Shown piece after piece: positions 10,541-21,747 of a stretch of 64,000 bases of DNA. The stretch is taken from the IMG/VR virus record IMGVR_UViG_3300032223_001943, positions 59,202 through 123,201 of that record; one strand, given 5' to 3'. The DNA comes from a virus. Below the pieces are notes generated by a model. That model was given only the letters and a program-made list of their open reading frames with translations, was not told the DNA's origin and did no database searches. A program made the translations under genes and the position numbers. How positions within the stretch are numbered: the stretch's first letter is position 1; every line of letters starts with the position of its first letter.

Positions 10541-12148
10541 ATGGCAAAACAAGAAGAAAAAACCCAACGATTATTAAAGGAAACATCCGAAATTATTGAT
10601 CCGATCACCCAGGAAATTTATTCCATGTGGTTCAACAATAATTCAACCGAATATATCATAAATGTTGGTCCAACAAATTCGGGAAAAACACATAAGGCGG
10701 TGGATGAATTAATGAAATCTGGGGATGGGGTTTATTTATCCCCATTAAGACTACTTGCGTTTGAAAATTATGAAAAAATAAATGAACTGGGATACCCTTG
10801 TGATCTATTTACGGGGGAAGATAAGGTTATTAATGGTTCATCAATATCTTCCAGAACAACGGAAATGATGGATTATAAGAATGAATATGATGTTGTGATC
10901 CTGGATGAATGTTTTTTAATTGGGGATGTTAATCGTGGGAAGTCCTGGTTAAAAGTTATCCTTGAAGCAAAATGTAAAAAGATGTTTTTAATAACTTCCA
11001 ATGAAGGGTTATATATCTTGGAAGAAATACTAACAAAATTAAATAGAAAATACGCAATCAATCAATTTACAAGATTAACCCCATTAACATTTTCAGATAA
11101 AAAATATAATATAAAGAAGATCAAACCAAAAACTGTCTTTATTACCTTCTCAAGGGTGGAAGTCCTTCTTAAAAAGGCGATGTTGGAAGAAAATGGTCAT
11201 AATGTATCGGTATTATATGGTAACCTACCCCCAGAAGTCAAAAAACAACAAATAAAGAAATTTATAACCGGTGAAACCGATGTTTGCGTATCCACGGATG
11301 TTATTGGAATGGGAGTTAACCTCCCTTGTGATAATGTTTGTTTCTTGACCAATCAAAAGTTTGATGGTGTTGAAGTTCGAGAATTAACACCAACGGAAAT
11401 TAAACAAATTGGTGGTAGGGCCGGAAGATATGGTTTTAGTGAAGAAGGGACAATCCATTGTCATGGGTTTTCAAGTGCCAGTTTCATAAAGAAATTTAAC
11501 GAACCCGCCGAAGATATTAAACGAGCGTACCTTCCAATAAACATCGATATCGTATCAAAACTACCCCAAAAAACATTATATGGGAAATTGTCGTTTTATG
11601 ATAAATTGGATTTAACTCCAGATACCCTTAAACATATCATATCCCCAGAACAAACGGATAATTATCTGGAATTGTTGGGAAAAAATCAAACGTTAGAGAA
11701 ACTGGATATTTATATCGCCTGGAGGTTATTAAATTTACCGGTAACGGAATCAAACCTTCAATATTGGACCGTTATCACCGAACGTGTTTATCATGAACAA
11801 CCGGTAATATATAGAACAAATAAGATAACCAAACCAAAAGATACCTACCAACTAAAATCGGTGGAAGATGAACTTAAACGTGTTGATCTATTTCTTAACT
11901 TCACAAATGTGTTTGATTTCCAAAACCTGGTGAATCAAGATAACATTGAACTGGTTAAAGAATATAAAAACCAATTAATTAACGTAATTACCGACTTTTT
12001 ATTGGATAAAAAATTGTCAAACAAAAAATTATGTGTAACTTGTGGTAAAAATGTTGGTCTATCTTGGGAACATAAGGAATGTAAATCTTGTTTTAAGGGG
12101 GGTAGGTTCAATAATTTTGACTTTAACGATGAAGATTATTATCTTTAA
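10541..12148 (+). CDS. Suv3-like SF2 helicase
   Basis: GPTNSGKT, PLRLLA, DEC, LYGNLPPE, STDVIGMGVNLP, QIGGRAGR; C-terminal CxxC..CxxC; start moved to ATG 10541. Confidence 0.9.
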   Translation: MAKQEEKTQRLLKETSEIIDPITQEIYSMWFNNNSTEYIINVGPTNSGKTHKAVDELMKSGDGVYLSPLRLLAFENYEKINELGYPCDLFTGEDKVINGSSISSRTTEMMDYKNEYDVVILDECFLIGDVNRGKSWLKVILEAKCKKMFLITSNEGLYILEEILTKLNRKYAINQFTRLTPLTFSDKKYNIKKIKPKTVFITFSRVEVLLKKAMLEENGHNVSVLYGNLPPEVKKQQIKKFITGETDVCVSTDVIGMGVNLPCDNVCFLTNQKFDGVEVRELTPTEIKQIGGRAGRYGFSEEGTIHCHGFSSASFIKKFNEPAEDIKRAYLPINIDIVSKLPQKTLYGKLSFYDKLDLTPDTLKHIISPEQTDNYLELLGKNQTLEKLDIYIAWRLLNLPVTESNLQYWTVITERVYHEQPVIYRTNKITKPKDTYQLKSVEDELKRVDLFLNFTNVFDFQNLVNQDNIELVKEYKNQLINVITDFLLDKKLSNKKLCVTCGKNVGLSWEHKECKSCFKGGRFNNFDFNDEDYYL

Positions 12149-12880
12149 TTAAAAAAACGTTTAGAAATAAATTAACCATGGATAATGATATTATAAAACG
12201 AGCGTTTGAACGTATCGACAAATTAAGAGCGGAAGGTAAACTACCCCAAATTGATCCAAATGATTGGGAAAATGAACCAACTGCTTTAGCCTACACACCA
12301 GATGATAAATTTTATTTTGGTTCTAATATGTACACCGAGGGGGAAGTAGATAATATCGTTTATACTTTAATTGATAAATTCTTAAAATATAACGGTTCAT
12401 ATTCCGATAACGAGGAATTAAAAAAATTATATCAACAAATTAAAAATAAAATGAATATAGCCGAAACGTTTGAAGGTCCCGCACATAATTTGGTTTGGAC
12501 GAATCACTTCAATGAAATTATTGATGATGTTTATAAGAAGTATATCAAGGACTCTGAGGGGTTCTCTACATTAGAACAAGTAGAGTACGGAGAATGTACT
12601 TATAGTGCTTCGGGAATGTCTTTTAGACCATTTTCAATTGAAGGATTCATCATCAAAATCAAAACGGATGATGGGTTTTCTAAGAAGTGGGGGGTTAAAA
12701 TAACTGAACGTGAATTAACATTGGAGGAACGATATAATAAATGGTTCAATAATAACTACGAAACTGGTATGGAACGATATTTTGACCCAAATAATCTACC
12801 AGATTTTGATAATGATTATTATGAACCAACTCCAACTAAAGAAATGACTTTAGAATATAAAGAAGAAATATTTAGTTATT

Positions 12881-13711
12881 ATGAATAAGGCGGATAAATA
12901 CTACCTGGACAACATAAATAAAATTATGAATGAAGGATCATGGGATGAAAACCCCAGACCAAAATATCATGATGGGACACCCGCTTATTCAAAATTTATT
13001 ACACAAGTATTCGAAGAATATGATATCACAAAAGGAGAATTTCCAATTATTACCTTGAGAAATACCGCAATAAAAACCGGAATTAAGGAAATATTATGGA
13101 TTTATCAAAAACAAACATCTTCACTTAAGGTTGCCCGTGAAATGGGGATTAATTGGTGGGATGATTGGAACATTGGGGATGATACAATAGGTGTTAGGTA
13201 TGGTGAAACAGTTAGGAAGTACGATTTAATGAATAAGTTATTAAATGGTCTTAAAAATGATCCATTCGGTAGAAGACACATCATTAATTTATACCAATAT
13301 TCGGATTTGGAAGAAAGTCAAGGTTTACATCCTTGTGCTTATGAAACATTATGGTCGGTTAGAAAGATAAATGATGAATTATACCTAGATTTAACCCTAA
13401 CGCAAAGATCGTCAGATTATTTAACCGCGAACACGATAAACAAGGGACAATACCTGGCATTACAAATGATGGTCGCTGGTCATTGTGGTTATAAAGTGGG
13501 TAAATTTTGTCATTTGGTTCAAAACATTCATATCTACGACAGACACTTCAACGCGGTTGAAGAAATATTGGAAAAAACACCATTAAATGACAAACCATAT
13601 TTTGAATTAGTTGAAAATAAAGATTTTTATGATTACACTATTGATGACTTCAAGATATATAACATTGAAAATATAAAAAAAATAAATTCAAAATTAGAAT
13701 TGGCGATATGA
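12881..13711 (+). CDS. thyA: Thymidylate synthase
   Basis: DPFGRRHII, LHPCAY (catalytic Cys), QRSSD, NIHIYDRH. Confidence 0.95.
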   Translation: MNKADKYYLDNINKIMNEGSWDENPRPKYHDGTPAYSKFITQVFEEYDITKGEFPIITLRNTAIKTGIKEILWIYQKQTSSLKVAREMGINWWDDWNIGDDTIGVRYGETVRKYDLMNKLLNGLKNDPFGRRHIINLYQYSDLEESQGLHPCAYETLWSVRKINDELYLDLTLTQRSSDYLTANTINKGQYLALQMMVAGHCGYKVGKFCHLVQNIHIYDRHFNAVEEILEKTPLNDKPYFELVENKDFYDYTIDDFKIYNIENIKKINSKLELAI

Positions 13712-15489
13712 AAACGACTCAAGATAAAATTATAACAAAAGAAGAAATTCAAGAAATTGAAAGATTAACTGGGGGGATGATTGGTGTTCACACCTTCGGT
13801 CCGAATAATGAATCTACTTTAACAAATTCATTTTTATCAAAAAAAGGTGATTATGTTGGTGGTATCGATGAAGCAAGATGGTACGTTAAAAACAATTTAA
13901 TGGTTGATGAACAACATCCCCACGGTGTTGCAGCGTTAATCACTGAAGATACTTATGGTACAGATAATCCAATTATAGAAGGAATGTACGGTTACACCCA
14001 CCGTGGTGGTCAATTATTTAAGATTGGTGATCGTTTATTTGATAGGGGTTATAAACCAACAAAAGAAGATTATCCGGAAGATGAATGGAATGAATATCAA
14101 GAAAAATTTAACAATTTATACGAAGAATCTGACGATATAAGTCGAGATTGGATGGATCGCGACGGAATATCTTATGTAATACCTTTTAAGTTGAGGGGAA
14201 AAAAGATTATTGAAAATATGGAAGATGCTTTTGAAGCTGCTAAAAATATATCGAATTATTTATCATGAAAAAACTTAACATAAGATTTCCAAATGAATGT
14301 TTTTTCGAAGAAATATCCTTAAATTTGGATGAATTCCAACCAGTAAACGAGTTTGAAGAAGAAGTTTTTGGTTGGTACAATGAAACCTACATATCAATTA
14401 AAAAAGATGACAGTTATAGAACAAATATTAGAGAAATTCAACCAGCATAAAGGTGAATTTGTTATACTTAATGGAAAACTATTTAGATTAGTTGCAGTAG
14501 GTGACGATAGTGATGATTATTATTGGGTGGTTTACGATGGTAGAAAAGTATTCTGGCATTCTTGTGTCGGATCGTTCGTTGTCTTAAAAAATAAAATTGA
14601 CGACAAGGACTACAATGAATTCATACGACTAGCCAAAATTAATCATTTTGACCAAGAAGATTTTTTAATACCTTCAACGGAAGAAGACAAGGAATATACT
14701 AGAAAACATTCCATTGACCATAAGCAAAAAATGGAAGAAGTTAACGGAAATGATAAGTACTTAACCGATTTTTGTTGGACTATCAACTAATAACTTATCA
14801 AAACATAAGGTAAAAGTTAATCCGTATAAAATTCTAGCGATAACAACAAATAATAATACCATCAATGGTTTATGACCAATTGCGATTAGTGGTAAACCAA
14901 TGAACAGTGATGTATTTCTGAAAAACTTAAATAAGTGCCAAGCGTCAGTTGTGAATACAAATAGGGTTGAAGATCCGATAAACTTCTCGGTTTTAAGATC
15001 TTCCTTCCATTTGTTTTTCCATGATTCAATTGGATTCCAAAACAATTGATTATATTTTGGATTCTTAAATATCGATTTGTCATAATGGAATTGAAGTTTA
15101 TCCATAATTGACTCGGATACCGCAGCGAAGGTTATTAATAAAAAACCAAGGATTGTTAATATAATCATCTTCCAAATATTTTTTTAACATTGACAACAAA
15201 AGGCATATCTTCACCCCCATGTTCCAGTTTATACGCTTCATTTTTCTCAATGATGGTATGTACAATATTTCCAATAAACGCACCATTAGCAGCAACACCT
15301 GAACCAATAATCCCATACATTTCAACACCATCATTATACCACCCCCAAACTTGGGTCCAGAATACAATAAAGAAGAATGATGTTATGATCCAATATACCA
15401 GGTTAACCATTTTGTTATTCATAATTTCTTTTATATATAAATATCTGGAAATAAAAAAACCCCACCTTTTGAGTGGAGTTTAATATGTT

Positions 15490-15963
15490 TTATTCTTCGT
15501 CCCAAGATTCATCCAACCAGGATAGATCGGCGTCATCCAAATAATCATCAAACATGTTATTGATGTATTTACCAGTGGTGATCGAATCATCACGATCAAC
15601 GGTGTTCATATTTGGTTTAACCCCTTTTGGTATTTTCTTGAATTCTTTTTCTAAGAAGTCTTTATCACCTCTAAAATCCTTCATTTCTGGTGAATCAAAA
15701 CCTTCCTCAACTTCGATTTCGTAAATCACCTCATCCTCTTCTTCAAAACCTTCTTCATTATCTGAAGCTAGAATATCGTCCAATACTTTTTCAAGTTCCT
15801 CATCGTTCATTTTTGAAAAATTCATCTTCCCAAATTTTGGGTGACCATCTTCCATTCCACCAAGTTCGTTAATATCTTGTTGTTCAGATATAACTTTTCC
15901 TGGTTCATATCCAAACATAAAACGCATTCTTTGGATATCTTCCGTAATTAATTTCTTATCCAT
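15490..15963 (-). CDS. Acidic hypothetical protein with leader
   Basis: MDKKLITEDIQRMRFMFGY...ISEQ; TATTTAT upstream. Confidence 0.55.
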   Translation of the reverse strand: MDKKLITEDIQRMRFMFGYEPGKVISEQQDINELGGMEDGHPKFGKMNFSKMNDEELEKVLDDILASDNEEGFEEEDEVIYEIEVEEGFDSPEMKDFRGDKDFLEKEFKKIPKGVKPNMNTVDRDDSITTGKYINNMFDDYLDDADLSWLDESWDEE

Positions 15964-15986
15964 ATCAATTTTTATTTATAAATATA

Positions 15987-16379
15987 TCAAACTTTGGTTA
16001 ATGTTGCTGAATAATCACCGGACATACCCCCAACTTCACCAGTTCCGGCGAAATAAATTGTATTATCATTCTTTTTCGCTGAACTAATAATCTTATTTAT
16101 CTGGTTATTATCCAACTTAAACATCTTTTTTGTGTTATCTATAACCCAAACTTCATTCCCCTTCTTCCAGATATTCTTAACCGCGATCGGCCCGTCATAT
16201 AATGTCAAACCCAACTTTTTAACTTTAACCTTAACCGAATACGTTGTTTTATTTCCGTTGTATTCCAAGGATAATTTACCCCCACTTGTTGGATTTTCGG
16301 GTGAAATCTTAACGTCATTAATAACCAATGATTCATTGAGAAATAATTTATATTGATCCTCAGTTATTATTAACTTCAT
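15987..16379 (-). CDS. Hypothetical protein with MKLIITEDQYKLFLNE leader
   Basis: ORF track; leader family. Confidence 0.55.
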   Translation of the reverse strand: MKLIITEDQYKLFLNESLVINDVKISPENPTSGGKLSLEYNGNKTTYSVKVKVKKLGLTLYDGPIAVKNIWKKGNEVWVIDNTKKMFKLDNNQINKIISSAKKNDNTIYFAGTGEVGGMSGDYSATLTKV

Positions 16380-16582
16380 TTCTTTTTATATTTAACCAGG
16401 TTATCTTTATTGGATTTTTTATCGAATTCATCCTTTTCAATGAACTTCCATAACTTATCACCAACTTTTTTCTTATAATAAACATCGGATCCACCAATAT
16501 CCCTAACTTGATATTGATATTTATTGGTTTTCACCTTTTCAACCAAAAACATTAATTGATTTTCGTTTATTATAACCTTCAT
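16376..16582 (-). CDS. Small hypothetical protein with MKVIINENQLMFLVE leader
   Basis: ORF track; TATTTAT upstream. Confidence 0.55.
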   Translation of the reverse strand: MKVIINENQLMFLVEKVKTNKYQYQVRDIGGSDVYYKKKVGDKLWKFIEKDEFDKKSNKDNLVKYKKK

Positions 16583-16595
16583 TAATATATAAATA

Positions 16596-17387
16596 TTAAA
16601 AATTATAATATTTTGTTAAATCCATTCCATAATTCACGATATTTTGAAACCTTAACTCGGATTCGTTATTATTATGAATTTCGGAATACATTCTTCCCTC
16701 CATACATAAAGGTGGATAAACAACGGATTGTGAAAATAAGGTGGGAAATACGGCATCTGGTGTTAAATAAATGACCTTATTTTGATAATAACCATATTTG
16801 TTATAATATTCATTAGCCGAAGTTAATACATCGTCACCATTATCCTTATATAATGTATCAATGATCATATCACACGTTTTTCTTGGGAAAATCTGACACT
16901 GTGTCCCCCAGATTGTAAAACCACAATTGGCGAAATCATAATATAACCCATTTTCATTCCTAACCAATTGGAATTTTTCATCGTCCAGATAGGGTGTTTT
17001 GAAGGTGTTAGATGTTATCGTTGGAAGATATCCGATGGATAGATAATCAATACCATTCATCTTAACATTTTCATATTGTTTGATATAAAACTCCAGTTTT
17101 TCAACAAAACCTTCTTTTAATAAACAAACATCGTCCTCAATAACACAAACATAATCATGTTTATGATTATCCATAAAGTCTTTTAATACACCGACGTGGG
17201 ATCTAAAACAACATTGAAGTCTATCACTCGCGTATTTTTCGGTTTTTGATAACCAATCTTGTGAATTATCTGGGGTAAAAGCGTCAAAATAGACTATTTC
17301 ATAAGGTATATCCAATGAAGTGAATTGTTCCTTCATAAAGTCTTTTCTAACTTCATTACAACAGATTACGTAAAAAATTATATTCAT
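16596..17387 (-). CDS. Glycosyltransferase family 25-like protein
   Basis: YVI...RKDFM..QF, FDAF, CCFRSH, VIEDDV and final PDA motif typical of GT25; start moved to ATG 17387. Confidence 0.65.
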   Translation of the reverse strand: MNIIFYVICCNEVRKDFMKEQFTSLDIPYEIVYFDAFTPDNSQDWLSKTEKYASDRLQCCFRSHVGVLKDFMDNHKHDYVCVIEDDVCLLKEGFVEKLEFYIKQYENVKMNGIDYLSIGYLPTITSNTFKTPYLDDEKFQLVRNENGLYYDFANCGFTIWGTQCQIFPRKTCDMIIDTLYKDNGDDVLTSANEYYNKYGYYQNKVIYLTPDAVFPTLFSQSVVYPPLCMEGRMYSEIHNNNESELRFQNIVNYGMDLTKYYNF

Positions 17388-17460
17388 GATTAAATTATAG
17401 TAATATATATTGATAATTGGAAATTTTACCTTCAACCAAATTTATCATAGTGTCATTTTA

Positions 17461-17508
17461 ATTTCACTTAAGATGAAATAATGTATTTAATTTCACTTAA
17501 AATGAAAT
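17461..17508. repeat. Two tandem palindromes ATTTCA-N7-TGAAAT, period 29 bp
   Basis: ATTTCACTTAAGATGAAAT at 17461-17479 and ATTTCACTTAAAATGAAAT at 17490-17508. Confidence 0.85.
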
Positions 17509-17923
17509 ATTACCAGATAAATATGAATCGGTTTGATTTAATAATGTTCATAATATCTGAAATAATAATTTACCTTACCCATTGAAACTGTGTCGGCAAC
17601 TTCCGCCAAAATATAAAACCTAATTTTACGAATATCATTCTCAATCATTTCTTTTAGCACCTCACGATATAATTTAATTGACTCAAACGCACCATTAAGA
17701 TACGATTCACCCATTTGTGTTGTTTTTATTTCATGTTGATAAGGTAGTGAATATCTATCTGTCTTAACAATCGCGTGAACACCAATCTTATTGAAAACCT
17801 CAATCATATCCTTTTCAATTTTCTTTTCCAGGTCGATCATGCTTTCAATATATTGTTCTGGTGTTGGTTCGTTTAAGAAGAATAATAATCGATTCTCCAT
17901 TGAAGGTATAATTCTATCCATCG

Positions 17924-18160
17924 TTATTGAATGTTTTCTTGATAAGTTGTTTTACCGGATTGTTGGGTGGTTATTGTCTCACCTTTATTTGTGTAATAAT
18001 GGCATCGCCCATTATCATAAAAACGATACATTTTGATTCCATCTTTTTCAAAAAGTAAATCAACTTTTATATCAAGACCTTCCCTTGAAGATGATACCGG
18101 ATCATGTTTACAGCTGGTTATTGTTAACCCCAGGATTAAAATTAATAATAGTTTTTTCAT
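17924..18160 (-). CDS. Small lipoprotein (DUF4884-like)
   Basis: Lipobox LTITSC; LLFEKDGIKMYRFYDNGRCHYY. Confidence 0.6.
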   Translation of the reverse strand: MKKLLLILILGLTITSCKHDPVSSSREGLDIKVDLLFEKDGIKMYRFYDNGRCHYYTNKGETITTQQSGKTTYQENIQ

Positions 18161-18264
18161 TATTGTTTTATTTCTACAAAAATAATAAACATCTTTAATA
18201 AAAACAACTATTAGATAAAAACCTAATAATTGATTAACTCGACTTTTTTAATTAAACTTATTTT

Positions 18265-18852
18265 ATGGTAAATAATTTTGAACATATTAGATCCTTATTA
18301 GAGTTTGAATCTTCGGATGATTTTTATTTCATTCAGATTATCAAACGAAGAAAAGATAACCCCGGTTTATCTAGGGACATGAAGTTAATTGACAATTATT
18401 TCATTTATTCATTGGAAGAATACGATAAGGTTGAATTAAAAATTGTTGAACAATGTATGTTGAATAACTCAAGGGCTTATATTAGGTTGAATAGACGTAG
18501 TGCCAAGATTTGTTCCGTTCAAACTATTAGAAAAATCACCGAATTAATGTTAAATAACGACCATAAATCGGTAAAAAACGCTTATTTATCCGTTGCTGGT
18601 GAATTCCATAATGAAAAACCAAAAAGGTGGGTTGTTGATATTGATGAAGAAGATTTATTAAATAAGGAAGATATTGAAAAAACAATTGAAGATTTACATA
18701 AAGATAGTCCTGGATATAGTTATATTGCGACAATAAAAACAAAAAATGGTTATCATTTAATTGTGAATCCATTTAATTTAAAAATATTCAAGGGAAAATT
18801 TCCAACAGTTGAAATTAAAAAGGATAATCCGACCTTATTATTTTGTCCGTAA
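18265..18852 (+). CDS. Conserved phage protein with AEP/PrimPol-like motifs
   Basis: WVVDID (DxD) and TKNGYHLI (sxGxH) motifs. Confidence 0.45.
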   Translation: MVNNFEHIRSLLEFESSDDFYFIQIIKRRKDNPGLSRDMKLIDNYFIYSLEEYDKVELKIVEQCMLNNSRAYIRLNRRSAKICSVQTIRKITELMLNNDHKSVKNAYLSVAGEFHNEKPKRWVVDIDEEDLLNKEDIEKTIEDLHKDSPGYSYIATIKTKNGYHLIVNPFNLKIFKGKFPTVEIKKDNPTLLFCP

Positions 18853-19272
18853 TCACCACTCCGTCATATCCAGACAAGACACACCTTGACCCGTGTGATT
18901 ATATTCTTTTTCAAGGAAATTTAACAATATTGGATCAATTTCGGGCCAATCAAAATCCATAACTTCAGTGAAAAAATTGAAAATTGTATTACAATCAAAA
19001 AAAACACTACCTACCCCCTTCTTTTTAAAGGTTTTATCGTAATATATTACTTTTTTACCATCTTCATCAATATAATGACAGTCATCACCTTCAACATCTA
19101 ACCTTAAATTTTTAAATGGATTCAAAAACGACTCTGAATTATCAGTATAAGCTTCTTTAATAATATTATCACCAAATATTTCTCTAGATTGAATCAGACC
19201 AAGTTTTTCAACCGCTAATCTAATTTTACGATTCAGTTGTTCGTTTTGTTGTTCCGTTATAATGATTTTCAT
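18853..19272 (-). CDS. Paralogue family A protein carrying the MKIIITEQQ leader
   Basis: KIRLAVEKLGLIQSREIFG shared with 19301, 25314, 50710 and 51173 ORFs. Confidence 0.65.
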   Translation of the reverse strand: MKIIITEQQNEQLNRKIRLAVEKLGLIQSREIFGDNIIKEAYTDNSESFLNPFKNLRLDVEGDDCHYIDEDGKKVIYYDKTFKKKGVGSVFFDCNTIFNFFTEVMDFDWPEIDPILLNFLEKEYNHTGQGVSCLDMTEW

Positions 19273-19300
19273 ATTAATAAATATTACATTATTTATAATA

Positions 19301-19687
19301 TTAAACCGATATAGGTGTGGGTTCTAATCCGACAATACCATATTCATTTTTCAACCAATCTTTTATAATTTTATCAATCACCACCTTATCAAAATCCATC
19401 ACAAAAGAAAAAAATATCCAAATTTTACTTCCATTAATATAAACATTACCCCTCTTTTCCAATAAATGTTTTGAATAATACATAACTATTGTTTCCCCGT
19501 CTTTATCTTTAAGATGAATATATTGGTCATTATCAATTTTAGTTAATTTATTATATTGTGATAAAAATGACAATGGATTATCATTAAACGATTGGTTTAT
19601 TAAACTATTACCGAATAGATCAATCGACGATTTCAAACCAAGTTTAAAAACTGTCGATTTAATCTTATCCTTTAATTTATCATTCAT
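19301..19687 (-). CDS. Paralogue family A protein
   Basis: KIKSTVFKLGLKSSIDLFG...NPLSFL...IWIFF. Confidence 0.65.
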   Translation of the reverse strand: MNDKLKDKIKSTVFKLGLKSSIDLFGNSLINQSFNDNPLSFLSQYNKLTKIDNDQYIHLKDKDGETIVMYYSKHLLEKRGNVYINGSKIWIFFSFVMDFDKVVIDKIIKDWLKNEYGIVGLEPTPISV

Positions 19688-20205
19688 AATACATCGAAAT
19701 TCTTGGTGATATAGTCTTTATCTGAAATGACGATATCTTCATCATCAAAACCAATTAAATCATATAATTTCTTGTCTAATCCGTTTACTTCCTTCCAGTA
19801 AATTGAACCTTCATTTTCCGGTGAATAATCGTTATCGACAAGATATTGAACTACCGTATTAGCGTCGGTTGTGATAAACCCGTGGGCATAACCCCTAGGT
19901 ACCAACAACTCCGAACCTGGACTCATTTCAAATAAGGATAGTTTCAAAAACTCTGGTGAAGTTGGTCTAATATCCAAAACAAAATCAATGATTGACCCTG
20001 AAATAACCTTAACCAGTTTTGCTTGTTCCTTATCGTTAATTTGGAAATGTAAACCTCTCAACGTATATAATAACGGATTTACACTAATATTACTTTGAAT
20101 CCAATTTTTATCTTTTGATCCGACGTTATTTTTTAATGATAACGGGGCAAATGTTCCTCTATGATCCTTAAAGACCGAGTTATAAGTTAAATGTGCGATT
20201 TCCAT
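19684..20205 (-). CDS. rmlC: dTDP-4-dehydrorhamnose 3,5-epimerase
   Basis: FKDHRGTF, LRGLHFQ, QAKLVKVISG, VPRGYAHGF, ISDKD; start moved to ATG 20205. Confidence 0.9.
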   Translation of the reverse strand: MEIAHLTYNSVFKDHRGTFAPLSLKNNVGSKDKNWIQSNISVNPLLYTLRGLHFQINDKEQAKLVKVISGSIIDFVLDIRPTSPEFLKLSLFEMSPGSELLVPRGYAHGFITTDANTVVQYLVDNDYSPENEGSIYWKEVNGLDKKLYDLIGFDDEDIVISDKDYITKNFDVL

Positions 20206-20238
20206 ATGTATTTTTTTTAACAAATATAATAAATAATA

Positions 20239-21084
20239 TTAAACCAATTCATTTTTGATTCTGGTTTTTAACATTTCAATACAAGTTGCATTAATATCAA
20301 AAACAATTGATTTTCTTTTTAAGTCTTCACTAGCTATTGCGGTTGTCCCACTACCAGAAAAATAATCAACGACCAGATCACCAACATTGCTGCTGGCAAC
20401 AATACATTTTTTAACCAAATCTTTTGGTTTTTGGGTATTATGTTTGGTCAATACATTATCCGGTGATTTCTTAGTTTTAGCATAACTTCTAACCTCCAAC
20501 ATACTCCAATAAGGGACACAAAATTCATCCCATAAATTCCCAGGATAAGTTAATCTAACCTTCTCCCCTTGTTCATTCACCCACCAATCTTTTGGTGTTC
20601 CATCTTCATTCCTATATGGTGCTATCACCTTCTTCTCAACCATGACTTCATCAATGTTGAATGTATAATTTTTGGAATGTTTGGTGGCAAAGTAGATATC
20701 TTCATGGATTGATTTCCAGTTATTCTTTGCACCACGACCTTTATCCCGTTTCCAGGTGATTCTATTTTGAATATAAAAACCAACTTCTTCCAACACATCT
20801 TGAATAATATTGGAGTTTTGCCAACTAATACAAACATATATTGACCCGGTATCCTTTAATTGTCTATATGATAAACTTAAAACATCCTTAATCCAACTTC
20901 TAAATTCATCTTTTGATGACCATTGTTTGTCCCAATCTTGACGATCACCCTCAATTAGGTCAATATTTTGTTTTTTTCCACCTGAAATGTAATATGGGGG
21001 GTCCAAAAAGAATAAATCAACGGAATTATCTTCAATGTATTTAACCGAATTCTCAAAACTTTCGTTGAAATATCTTATATCCAT
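20239..21084 (-). CDS. Site-specific N6-adenine/N4-cytosine DNA methyltransferase (beta class)
   Basis: LDPPY near the N-terminus; HNTQKP and DYFSGSGTT near the C-terminus. Confidence 0.9.
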   Translation of the reverse strand: MDIRYFNESFENSVKYIEDNSVDLFFLDPPYYISGGKKQNIDLIEGDRQDWDKQWSSKDEFRSWIKDVLSLSYRQLKDTGSIYVCISWQNSNIIQDVLEEVGFYIQNRITWKRDKGRGAKNNWKSIHEDIYFATKHSKNYTFNIDEVMVEKKVIAPYRNEDGTPKDWWVNEQGEKVRLTYPGNLWDEFCVPYWSMLEVRSYAKTKKSPDNVLTKHNTQKPKDLVKKCIVASSNVGDLVVDYFSGSGTTAIASEDLKRKSIVFDINATCIEMLKTRIKNELV

Positions 21085-21662
21085 AACTTTTTTTCTTTTT
21101 CAATCTTCTTTATTCTTGAATCGTGATATAAATTAACCACTTTTTTAAGTTTTTCAAACCAGGTTAACTTGGTATCATCGTTGAAAATTAATTCATTATT
21201 CATATTTTTTATCTGAAGTTGACCTCTACCTAGTGAGCCGATTCTTAATATTGAAAAATCCAAATTCCAGATATATTTAACCTCAATATTGTTAATTATA
21301 ACCAAATTTTCTTGGATTTTGTAGGAAATGAATACATATATTAAACTTTTATTTTCATCCAATAGGATTTCTCGTAGTTTTTCAATGGATGTCAGATTCG
21401 GCATGGAAAAATCCAAATCAAGGTTGTGTGTTTTAATATCCACATAATGATGAACGCCATTTTCAATTAATGATATATCTTCAACGGATTTTTTACTTCT
21501 GGCTTCAACATATTCATTAATTAAATTATCATCCTTTAACGATTTCAATATTTCAATCGCCTTAAATTCCAATAAATCACCAATGGTTCGTTGTCCCGAT
21601 CCATCCTGAATGGTGAAGTCGGTTAACTGTTCTTGAATCTTATTTTTTATGGTTGTTATCAT
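21075..21662 (-). CDS. Putative PD-(D/E)XK restriction-type endonuclease
   Basis: GDLLE..., ED-x11-DIKT catalytic-like pattern; overlaps the MTase start. Confidence 0.5.
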   Translation of the reverse strand: MITTIKNKIQEQLTDFTIQDGSGQRTIGDLLEFKAIEILKSLKDDNLINEYVEARSKKSVEDISLIENGVHHYVDIKTHNLDLDFSMPNLTSIEKLREILLDENKSLIYVFISYKIQENLVIINNIEVKYIWNLDFSILRIGSLGRGQLQIKNMNNELIFNDDTKLTWFEKLKKVVNLYHDSRIKKIEKEKKLWI

Positions 21663-21747
21663 ACATCAATAATAAGAAAAATAAATTAAAAAAGGAAATC
21701 CCCAGTTTGAAAATTAATAGTAATATATGGAAATATTACATTCATTT

